Shown: positions 1 to 12,000 of the stretch, piece after piece | Layout of the letters: each line of letters opens with the position of its first letter | Numbering within the stretch: the stretch's first letter is position 1 | NCBI GenBank assembly: GCA_905178155.1 | Contig: CAJINV010000001.1 | Span: 4,488,233 to 4,552,232 of the forward strand | Source of the DNA: Amoebophrya sp. A120 | Lineage: Eukaryota > Protista > Dinoflagellata | Reading direction: 5' to 3' | Length of the DNA stretch: 64,000 nt | Translations under genes and position numbers: made by a program | Notes under the pieces: generated by a model | Seen by the model: the letters and a program-made list of their open reading frames with translations, nothing else | Told to the model about the DNA's origin: nothing | Database searches by the model: none

Positions 1-3000
1 CCCTTTGCCCTTAATATTTGCAGGCCCGCCGATTTTGCTGCGGTCGCCGAAACCCCCGAACCCGAAGCCACCGCCGAACCCGAACGGGTTGGGCGGCGCA
101 GACATGTTGGACAACACTTTCCGCGTCGCGTCCAATAGCTCGTACTGCATTTTCGCTTGCGTCGAGTTCTCCAGCGTCATTACGATCGAGCTACTACTCG
201 TTCCGGTCTGCATCGTCTCCAGCTCTTCAGCAATGATTCTGGTCTCCGACACCGACGTTGTCCCAGACGACGATCCGCTTTTTGTACTAGCTGTATCAAC
301 TACCGCTCCATTGCTATTTTTACCGGCGCCCGTAACTGGTTTTATACTACTCTCTGCACTTCGCAGCGCGACCATCCGGCGGCCCTCGCGTGGCTTCTTC
401 GTGAAGCAGGGCTGACACACTAACCCTGCTTCCTTCAACGCCAGGAGCTCGTGTCGATGGTGCCACCCACCTTTCGGCACGCGGTAGATATCCGGGTCCT
501 CCCCTTTCGCCACGTTAGCAGCGTGCTCCGCCTCGTAGCACTTTCGGCAGACGTAATAGCCCACATCGTTCGCCTTCTCGCACACCTTGCAGTGCATCAA
601 GGAGATAAAGAACGGGATCTGCGCCCGCGCGTTCTTTTCGTTCTCTTCGTCGCTGGAGGAAATCATGTCTTCGTCGTCGCTGCTGTTAACAAAGTGCCGA
701 GACTCCACCCCCGTTGCCTCGTAAACCCAACTTCTGGTCACGCGGTTTCGCCGCCGCTCGCGCGTGTAGTGTCGCCCCTTCGACTTTTTCCTTCCCGCCA
801 ACTCCTTCTTTCCACTCCGCGCCGCGGCGGCGAGCTTGCGCGCGAGTTTCGACTGCTTTTTCCGCTCCACCCACGCCTGAATGCGCGCTTTCCAGTACTC
901 GTCGTGCCCTTCGCGCACGTTCGTTTCACACCTTGCGCACTTCATTTCCTCGGCGTCGTCGTCGTTGGACGGAATGGAAAAGCTTTGCAGCTGCTGCCCC
1001 TCGGGGCAAAACACCAGCGTGCTGGGCTGCTGGTTGCGCCAGACAAAAAAAGCGTCATCCTTCTCTTCGTTCGTCAGTCGCACGTCCTCCGGAAGCAAAG
1101 CCTCCACACGACGGTAGTTGCGGTAGGGGAGTTGCCCGATCCGCTCGCCGAGCAGACCGCCAATCAGCGTCCGGTCTTCTCCCTCTTCGTCCCCGTGCTC
1201 CCGCTGGATCACGTTGGCATACCGGTCCGGGTCGTAGGTCGCGGGGGTGAGTATGATGGTCTTCGTGTTGACAAAATCATTGTAATTTGCGTTATCCGCA
1301 AAGTGGTGTTTCTCGCGCAGCCTCTCCGGGTTTGCGAAAAACTGGTTTCCTCTCCCCACGGACTCCAACTGGTCGCCCATCTCCCGGAGGCGCAAAGAGG
1401 CCAAAAACCCGAAGCTCGGGGGCCGCGCAAGAGCGGGCAGACAGCGGACCGCGGTCGCGACTTCGGACTCCTCGTGCTGCAACGGGAGGAACCCCATGCT
1501 GATTTTGTCGTTCGGCTGCGTCTCGAGCCTTCGCCGGACACTGATCCGCCCGAGCTCCAAAAGCGTCGCTGCTTCCAAGTCCAGTGCGTCGTGGTCGATT
1601 TTCTTCGCATCTAGCACGGGTAACAGATTTCCCCGCACCTGGCCGCAGCGAAGCAGGTCCAGCGCCATCCCCGTCCCCGTGCGGCCGAGGAAGGGGTCCG
1701 CATACAGGCCGCTCGTCCGCGCGTGCAGGTGCGCGAGAAAGAGCCATGCAACACGCTCCTTCTGCGCATGCAGCGTTTGCAGCTCTCGCTTGACGGTGTA
1801 GCGAAACAGCGGCGGCTGGCGCAGATTTTCCAGGTCCACCTCAACCCCGGCCGGGGAGCACCAAGCCCCGGCGAACTCGTGCACGGCCGCTTCGGCCAGC
1901 AGGAATTCCTGCTCCTCGCGGGCTCTCTTTTTCACTCTCTGCAGTTCCAACCACTCGGTTTCGGTCAACTTCACTTTTTTCTTCTTTTTCTTCTGCTTGC
2001 GGCCAGACTTTTTGCCTTCGCTTCCACGTTCATCGCCGTCTTGCAGCTTCGCCAGTTCGCTTTCTCGCAATTCGGAAACACGCGCGCCTTCCTCTGCCTC
2101 CTCAGTGCCGCGCGCAGGAGTACTGCTCTTCTTCTCTTTCTTTTCTTTCTTTTCCTCTCCTCCCGAGGGACCCTTGGTGTCTTCATCAGCCAAGTCTGTA
2201 TTTTTCTCCGCTCCAGCGTCTTCTTCCTCCTCGCTACCCGAACTAGATGAGGCACCCTTCCCTTTCCCTGGCTTCCCCTTCTTCGGCGGGGGGTTTAGCT
2301 TCTGACTTCGCTCTTTCACAAAGGACAGCATTTTTTCGAACCGTTTCGATCGGTCCTTGCTCCACGCGGTCTGCTCTTCCTTCCGCAACGACTCAGCTAA
2401 ACTCGCCGGCGGCCGATACGCCGGCGCGTCTTTCAGCGGTCCGTGGGGCATGAGCAGAATCTCTCTCCGCTGCGATTCGGCGTCCACCGCGTCGAGCAGC
2501 AAGCCGTGCTTCAAGGTGCACAGCGTCCCGAGATTCTGGTTGGCCGTCGCGACCTTCCACCCAGCGAACTCGCGGGAATGGAATTGCACGCCGCCGACCT
2601 TCGATTTGCTGCTCAATACGACATCAAATCGGATGTTCTGCAGTCGAGGGAGTTGCACGAAAACCCCGATGCTTTTCGCTGCAGATTCGAAGACGGACGC
2701 GACAGAAATCGCGGAGTATCACAAGAAAAAAGTGTTACAGTTACACATGTGTTGTAACTTCAGCAACACAAATTTGCTCTGCATGAGAGGAAAAACTTGC
2801 AATGCGCAGACCATAAGGTAAAAAACGTATGAAATGAAGCTCGGAAGCATTTCTGGCATGACAGAGGTGGACTGTCATGCTGGGCTTGCAACGCAATGTG
2901 TAACTCTAACACTTTTTTCTCGTGATACGGAGGTAAGTTTGCTCAGTGGCTGTTCGTTGGTGTCCGTTCCATCCGCAGAAGAAGCGGAGTCATTTAGTTC

Positions 3001-6000
3001 CTGCTGATCCTCCCGTTGCACTTCTATCCCGCCGCCGTCCTTATTTCTCGCGGACTCTCTCAGCTCCGCACGCAGACTTCGTGCGGCCGCTTCCATATCA
3101 CCAGAACTTGTCGCAGGAACTACTCCGCCTGTATTCAATAGTACACCGGCTTGCTGCTGTTTCCCTTGTCCGTCGGACCCGGCTCGCGCGGAGGAGAGCG
3201 CTACGGAAGTAGAGGAAATGAACGACGGGATGCTTTCGTTCAACGCGAGCTCTTCCAATTGAACCTGCAACTCGTCCGCGGAGGGTTCCGCCCACAGGTG
3301 CACGTAGGGCCAGGGCGACAGTCGCTTGAAGCCGCCGTTCCGGTAAATTTCCGCGAAACTTCCCGAACAAATGTCCACCAAGGCGCACCCGCTTCGCAAG
3401 TCCGTGACTTTCCGGCTGTGCCAATCCAGGACAAACGCGGCGGAATTCAAGCAGCCCTTTGCAAAGTCTCGGTGATCGTAAGTCTTCGGGCGGAAGAAAA
3501 ACTTCGCCGTCTTCTTGATCATCAAAGACCGGTGGTGTTTCGAGCCGTCTTTCGACGAAGCACGGGAGAGCCGAGGCTCCGGGGTGTCAGGTAGTTGTCC
3601 AGAGGTGTCTTGGTCTACTGGTGCATTTGGACCTTCTTCGACTTGTTCCTCTATTTCGCTAAACTCCTCTACTTCGTCCACAACCACCCCGCCGGAAAAT
3701 GCCTCCTTCGCTCGAATATCAAATGCAAAAATGTCTGGGTCTGGAAGTCATGCACATTTTGCATGACTCCCGTTGTCTGTGATGCATGCCGTAGCATCAC
3801 AGATTCTATGAGGGCTTCCTGATGCCTATACCGTGTCAGAAATGCCATCTCACCGTGGCAAAAAGAAAAACTGGACCGCTTTTGCTGTTCATGCAATACA
3901 GATTTATTGTAGAATCCAAATCCAGCATCACAAGTTGCATCCTTCCAGACCCAGACATATTTGCAATGCATATCGAATCAGACTTTTCGGCGCTGTCTTC
4001 GCGACCGCGACGCCAAACACCTGCCCGTCAACCGGCGCCGTCGCCGCTTTGTTCCGAACAAACCGCGAACGCCGACTGTCGAGCCTATCAAGTGCAAAAA
4101 TGTCTGGGTCTGGAAACTTGTAATGCTAAAAATGAATGATAGACGCACTGCAATACGCAGCTATGCATGACAATTTTTTTGGCTGCCATGTCTTACGTAT
4201 TCCGCATGGCAAACTGCGTTTTTGCATGACAGGTAAGAGGGCTTTTTAGTGCCTGTGCAACACAGATTCCCGAGTCATGCCAGACAAGCATGACAAACTT
4301 GCATTCTTCCAGCAGACCCAGACATTTTTACATTTGATACGCTCCGTCGTCGCTGTTTTTCCTCAAAAATTTTGCTTGTCCGCTTGTCGCGGTCAACGCA
4401 CTTGGTGTGCCTGGCGTCGACTTGGTTTTGAACAGCGCCGCCGGCGTCGACTTCGCGTTCAACAAAGCCAGATCAACGCTAGCAGTTTCGTGCTCTGCGA
4501 GAGCGAACTGACTTCCAATCGTCGGCAACGTTGGTGCGAACGAACTAGTACCCTGTTGTGAGCTTATTTTCGGCAACGGTGGCTGGATCGCGGAAGGCAT
4601 TAGGCGGCTGCTCGCTGCCGCAGCGACGGGTGTGTTCAGAGCGGACCTCGGTAAGGCCGACGACGTCGCCGGGGAACCGCGCAAGGTCGTGGTCTTCGAG
4701 ATCACGCACCAGTGGCTGTAGTCGTATGGAGAGAAAAAAGTTTGTCACAGTCACTAACTTGCAGGCTTTGCATTACAAATTTTCTTAGCATCACAAATTT
4801 TCCTTGTACTGCAGAAACACTAGGGAAATCCCTAATGAAGTTGGGCTGTGATGCATTTTTATGCATGACAAACACTTTTGTATTGCAAAAATGCGCATGA
4901 GTGATCGTGACGAACTTTTTTTCTTTGATAAGTCGTCGATCAGCTTGAATGGCACGTCCATCTCCTTCTTCGGCTCGGCCACTTTGTTCTTTTCGATATT
5001 CCGGTAGAACACCTTGTGCGGGATCAACTTCGCGCGCACCCCGTCCCGCTCTTCGATGATCAGCGGCGTTTGCATGAAGGGCTTGAAGTAGCAACTGAAC
5101 CCCTTTTCCTCGTCCTGCCAGGGGTACCGCCGGTACTGCACGCGGTGAATCTTCAGCGCGTCCCACTTCTGCTGGACCGCCAGCTGGTCCTCTTCCGAGG
5201 AGATTTCGTCTTCACTGGAGGATTTTTCCTCACTGTCCCCCGATGAATCGGAATCCGACATGCCGTCGCCCCGGCCTCGTTTTCGGAGGTAGGCTCGTTG
5301 CATCCTCTCCTCCTCGGAACTGTCCGTGTATTCACCGTAATTTCTGTACCCGCCGCCGCGTGGCGTGCTGTCGCTGAAACTGCCGGAATAATACGAAGAA
5401 TCGTCAAAAGAGTCGTAGTCGCTGTCTGAATCGTCGTCGTCCCTCCGCGCGTCCTGGCTGTTTCCCGCGGAAATCGGGGGTCGAAAGTAGAAGTTCGCGC
5501 CGTTGACTGGGACGGTGGTCTTGTACCCCAGGCCGTCTTTGGTCGGCTGCACTGCGAACATCGCTGTGCCGAACAAGCGCTCATAAATCGGGTGGTCGTA
5601 GATCGACCGCGGGAGGCGTTGGCACGGCTTCCCGTTTACCAGGAATTCCCCGGAGAGGATGTTCACTTGTAAATGACAGTAGCGACGGACGGTTTTCTTC
5701 TGCAGGGAATCGAGGGAAACTGCAGCTGCTTGTTCGCCAAACAGCTTCTCATCTTGGATTTTCGCGAGCAGTTTCCGATCCTCCGCCGAGCTGTCGTCCT
5801 CGGTCGATGCCGCAAGGATCCCTGCAGCAGTACTCCCGGCCGCGGCCTCGGTAATTTCGAGGAGGTCCTCCGGGTCCAAGTACTCATCGTCCTCCGCGTC
5901 GCCGTCGTCCACCACAAATTTCGCGTGATACCAGGGGGACAGCGCGTAGAACTGTTTTTGCGCCACGTCAAAAACTGGTGGAGAGGCCCAGTTCGCGTGG

Positions 6001-9000
6001 TTGCGCTTCAGGATACGAATGATCGTACCGACCTTGTCCACCTGCTTGTCGTTGTTCTTTTTCGCGTTCTTCTTCCGCACTTGCTTCTTCGCACCTGCAC
6101 CTGGCGCTGCCTTGTAGTTCCCGCCTTTCTTCGCAGCAGCAGCAGCAGCATCTGGCTTCTTCACGATGATCGAGGTCGTGTTGAATTTGAAACAGGACTT
6201 CTCCAAAACCTCCGCGTCTACCGCTCCCTCGTCTTCGGGCTCGTCGTCACTGTCCTGCGTTTTTGCCGCGTTTTGTTGGCCAGCTTTGTTCGTCGTCCCG
6301 CCGACTACAAAGGTGGACTTCTTCAGCATGCGCGCTTTGTGCTTGTCCACGCGCTTGCCCTCGTCCTTGTCCTCCAAACGAAAATGCTCCTTTGCGCCGG
6401 TCCGGATCCGCATCCACAGCCGGGTGTTCCAGCCCCGCGCCCACTGCATGTCGGCGGAGATCTCCGAGATGCGCACCACGTTTCCCTTTTTGATCTCGTA
6501 GTTGATGTCGTTTTTCACGTAGTTCTTGACCAGCTCCGCGGGGGTGCTGCACCTGTGCAAATTTGTGTCCTGTTCGCAGCGCATGTGCATTCTCGGAAGT
6601 TTCCCGGCCGGCGTGTCGGCGTAGGAGCCCGGCGCGCCGCGGACGGGGAAGCAGGGCAGCGGAAAATTTTCCTGGAGCATTTCCGTGACCTTTTCGTCGC
6701 TTGCTGGATCGTAGTTTGTCCACTCCAGCTCCACATTCTTCGGGAGCTCGCTCCAGTACGTTTTGGCAAACAGCGTCAACAGCTCCCCTTTCCGCTTCGC
6801 AATCAACTCGTGGACCGCAGGGGAGACGGTCTGCGCGACGGTCTCGGCGTGGTAAAGCGAGCCTTTTAGTTCGTCCGGCACCTGGCCTTCCAAGTGGTCA
6901 GAGAGTTTGGACCGAAAGAAGAGCCAGGAGAGAACGTCTTCTTCCGAGCAGCAAAGAAGGTTTGTATCTGTTCTGGGCGGAAGGCTTGCTGCACCTTGCT
7001 TTTGCTTCCCTTTTCCAGTTCCCGCTGTTTCTGAATCGATTGCGGACGCAGATACAGCCTTGCTTTTTGCCTTTGCTTTTGCCTTCTTTGACACAGTAGG
7101 TTGGGAGTCATGCTTTTCTTGTGTAGAAGTTTCTTTGCTAGTTTTAGTGTTGTCCTTCGTAATAGCAGCAACTACGCCACTTTTCACCCACTTGCCCGGC
7201 ACCTCGTCCGTCGAAACAAACGTCAGAGTGCCCATGGTCGCGACGCGCACGATTTTTTTCCGAATTTCTTGCATTTCCTTGTCGTTTTTGCCGCACTTTG
7301 CCGTTGCTGCGGAAAGGCGCTCGATCCAGTTTTGGCACACCCCCCGACACGTTCGCAACACCTCCGCCGGGTACACTTGCGATTTCGCATCAGCGTGCTC
7401 GTAGTTGCATCGCGCGATGAGAATCACCGTTGAGAGGACGTTCGGGTTGCTCCAATTTTCCAAAACGTCAAACACCAGCTCCTTCAAGTGTTTCGCGCAG
7501 AAATCATGCACAAAGTCCGAATCCCGCAGCCACTCGCACACTTGTCGCCGCCACGTTTTTGTCGTTTTCTCCGCCAAAACTGTGAAGGTTGAGAACGGAG
7601 AAAACACGTTCGCATCCGACACGGCCGACGCTTTTTCGATTTGCTTGATGCTCGACCGATCCAAATCGTACCCCGGCCCCGCTTGCCACAGCACGGATTG
7701 AATCAACGTCGCCACGTCCTGGTTCTCGAAGGACAAGGACCTCTGCGCGACCGCTTTCACCAGGCGCAGCATCTGCAACCGCACCCCGGCGCGCATTTTC
7801 CCAAACGCCTCGAATTCATTCAAGGTGATCGCCTCGTCGGCCGCGTTCTTCTGTGCGATGACCTGATTCTCATCGTGCGTCCACTCGTTCAGCCACTGCT
7901 CAGCAAGGTTTTTTTCCTTGTTCGCACCCTGGTTGCTATCACTTTTGTCGTCCTTCTTCTTCCCCTTGTTTTTCCCACCCTCGTCCTTTTTTGCCGCCGA
8001 CCCCGCAACGACCGCGTTACTCACGACGTTCACCGAGTACTTCTTCTGCGTCAAGCACCGCAGCCAAAAGCGCCTCTGCAACACCCAGTTCCACTCGTCC
8101 ACGCTGCACTTCAGGCGCGGCCGCTGCTCCCCATCCGCGCCCTCGAACGTCGCCAGTGTGTTGAACCCGTGGTTGGAAATAAAGGTCGGGTGTCGGGCGA
8201 CGTGCAGCAGGTTGCACTCGCACTTCTTCAAGCCCTTCGCTAAAGACTCGCAGTACTTCTTCGTCCCGCGGCAGATCGCTTTTTGCTTGCTGGACGCGAG
8301 CCTGATCTTGCAGACGCGAGACCGGTTCCATTTTTTCAGCGCTTCGTCCGCTTTCCACTGGTAGAGCTTGTCATTTTCGGTGTATCACAATGAAAAACGC
8401 CCCCGCCCCCGAACTTGGGAGCACTTGCATTGCAAACCTTTCCAACAGAAACACTCGCTCTTGCATCTAGCAGCATCACAGATTTCCAATCTTGAATAGC
8501 GAAGATCTGTATTGCAACAGATCCCAGCAAGAGTCGCGCTTGTCATGCAAGCAATGCTATATACGCCTAGACTCTGCATCACAAAAATTTTCATATTCCT
8601 TTCATGCATGACAAAAAGTTTTCATTTGGAGACTTGGCATCACGAATTATTGCCACTTTGGGGGTGGGGGCATTTTTCACGGTAATACGGTGCCGTTCGG
8701 GTTCGAAAACGTCCCCATCTCAATCGTGTCTTTCCGAGTTTTGTCGGAGGGGTCGCCGCAAAACGTGCGACAGAACTCGTACAGCGCGTCCCGCTGGCAG
8801 GAAAGCAGGCCCGGTTGGCGCAGTTCGAAAATGATTGCCATGTGCTCGTTCCGCTCGTACTCCGTGCCGCAGGTCGGCAACAGCCTGGCGTAAACCTCCA
8901 CCTTCAGATTGGCCGCCTGCTGCTCCAGCTGGCAGCGCTCGCACCGCTGGATTCTCGGCCCCCCGCCGAAGAGCGAAGGGCCGAAAAACCCCCCGCCGCC

Positions 9001-12000
9001 GAGATCATGATCGTCGTTTTCTTTGTCCTTATCATCCTTCTTGTCCGCCTTTTTCCCTGCGGCAGCAAGGGCAGCGTCGGAACAGGTGCAGCCCGCCATG
9101 GTTTCTAATTTGTCCATCAACGCCTCGTACTTGGCTTGTTTTTCCCGCTTCTCCGCCAGCTTCTCGGCCTGTCTTCGTTTGCACTCGGCCATCAGGTCCG
9201 CGTAGCACTCCAGCATCTCGCTGCTGCGCTCGGCGAAGCGGACCGAAAACGCATCTTCGTGCACCGTCCAGGTTGGCGGGGTCATCGGCTTTTTCGGCAC
9301 GAAAATACATCCGTCGAGAATGGGGGGGTAGCTGTGCTTCAAAGCCTCCGCTTCGCGCTCCACGAGCCATTTTTCCAGGGCATGAAGGAGCTGCTTCTGC
9401 ATTTTGGTCGTCAAATACAGCCGCTCCGTCAGTTTCCAAAAAGGAACGCCCGGAACCAGGTTGCTGCTCTTCTGATCCAAATCCTCATCGTCGTCCTCCC
9501 CTCGCTGCAAGATTCCCCAGAGCTTCTGCCCGAGGGAGTGCTCCAGCAGCAGCGGCCACTCCTTGCAGGCCTTCTTATCCAAGTAGCACATGATCGCGAA
9601 GCAGGTCAAGATGACTTGGCTCTTTCCCCGGACATCGTGAGCCTTGATGAAACTGGAATTTGTCGTCAGCAGGTCGTTATGGATTGCAAAAGTGTCTGGG
9701 TCTGGAAGATTACAAGATTTGTCATGCTTGTCTGGCATGACCAAAAAGTTTGTGATGCGTGTCCAAGAAGAAAACCTTTTGCCTGTCATGCAAAAACGCA
9801 GTTTGTCATGCGAAAAACGCAACACAAAGAAGCGCAGACCTTTCTCATGCTTGGCTGTGCATTACAGAGCATTCACTATTCCCAACGCAGCATTACAAGT
9901 TTCCAGACCCAGACACTTTTACATTTGATAGTCGTTCGATTTAAGCACGTTGTGAAACATCATGCCCACTTCCGCATACTTGCGCATCAAAACGAGGAGG
10001 TTCTCGCAAAACTCGTTGTCAATTTCCAGCTTTTTCTCGTTCAAAACAATGTCCTCGTCGATCTCCCCCTTGTCCCGCATCCGCTGCGACTTCTTGTTCG
10101 CTTTTTGCCGGGTGGAAAGCAGATGCTTCCGGACGTCGGTCGTGCTTTGCGTTGGATTTTTTTGCACAGCAGACGCTGTAGTTCTCGCTGCAGGGCTGAA
10201 GTTATTTGCATTTATGTCTGTCGTCGGTTTGTTGTACTCTTGATCTAGTGAATACCACAAGTGCCATACTGCAGTGTCAATATCCGCCAACACCGCGATT
10301 AAATCCGCCTCTCGGAGCGGTCGCTTCTCCGACGCGAGGCACAACATACTGATGTACGTTTGCACGTTCGCCGCGGAATTCATTGGGCCCTGGAACCGCG
10401 GAAAAAACAACGGAACCGCCACACTCGGATTCTCAATGACGATTTGTTCACTCTCGTCCCCAGCTGCCTGCTTTCCCGTCGCGAGACTCAGCACGGTTTT
10501 CGCGGTCCTATCAACGTACGGATCGTGCTCACGAGACAGGAGCTGGAAGAGAAATTTCTTCGCATTCGGGAGTTGGTGTGCCACGTCGACCGACGCAGAA
10601 GGGCCGCCTGCCGCTGGCACGAGGGCTTTCAACTTCGTCGGATCGCAGGCAAGCGCGCGAACTTCTTCCGATTGCTTGCTCCAGAGCTCTTTCTCCACCC
10701 AAAGATTGGTTTTTTCCACAATTGCTAGCGCCGTTCCGCAGATAGATTGCAAGGAGGTTTTCGCTGCGGCGAGTGTATTATTCGATAATTGATGTCTTCT
10801 TCCTATTTCATCGTATGGAGAAGCAGCTAAAAGTTGCGGCAACACCATCTCTGCTCGTTGCAACAGGATAGTTCCGATTGAGATTTTGTTCTCCACTTTT
10901 TCACCCGCCGCTCCAGTAGAAATCTGGTACTTCTTAATCTTTTCCCAGCGATTCGCCAACTTCCTGGTAGCTTCCACCAGCGCGCTCTGCGACACCGTCT
11001 TCAAGATGCACCGGTCCACTGGTAGCTGTTTGTCCATGTAGAACGCGGACAGGCACTCCTGGCAATAATCCAACCTACAAACGACGCAGTGCGCATAGCC
11101 CTCACTGGACGGCTTTACAGTGCGGCATCCGTCGCAAGAATAATTCCGCGGCGCCCACGTCAGTATCAAGGGTGTCGGTGTGTGGTGTCTCCTCGAGCAA
11201 AAGAACAGCACGCGGTCATTTTTAGAAGTTGTGTAGGGAGCGAACTTAGTACTTGATGCACCTCGTCCTGCATCTTCCATTATTGCCTCGTCAACCACTG
11301 GAGAGCAGAAGTTGTTTTCTGCATTTGTACTATCTATTTGCTCGGAGTTTATTTGTTCCTTTCCGCTGTTCTTCCCCACCTCGATTTCAACCTCGTCACC
11401 TCCGTACCCGTGAGTGAAGTCCCGTCGTGCCGGGCCGAAAAAGAAGAACTTTTTCTTCTTACTCGCCTGTGCGCCGCGCCCCCGTCCTTTCATGTAGACC
11501 CGCCTTCCCGTCTCCGATTCGCGGAACAGGTCGTCTTTTTGGAACGGAAGTTTGTCTTCGTTCCAATCGTCTTGCAGTACGTTTCCCTCGATCCACCTTT
11601 TCGCAAACTCCGCGTCTGACAGAATCTCTTGCGGTTTCTTGCCAATTCGCTTCAGTACGTTCCCCTCATTTTCTTGTAGCTGTCTGAGCTCGTCCTGCAC
11701 CTGCTGCAACGTTTTCTCCAGCGCGAAAGACTGCAGCGCGAACATCAGCATTTTGTAGGGCGCTTCGTGCCCGTACAGCCGCACGCAGGCGAGGTGCAGA
11801 ACCTGCTTCAGTGCGATCCAAACGGCGGCACGCCGCCAGGGACGCTGCAACGGATGGACGGCCTTGCCATCGTCGTCAAGATTTTGCTCCCCGATGATAG
11901 AGTCCAAACGACACTCGTCGCGAACCTTCTTTCGCACCGAAATCAGCAAAGCATCGACCTGGTGCGGGGTAAGAATTTTTGAGTGCCATCCATATGTTCT

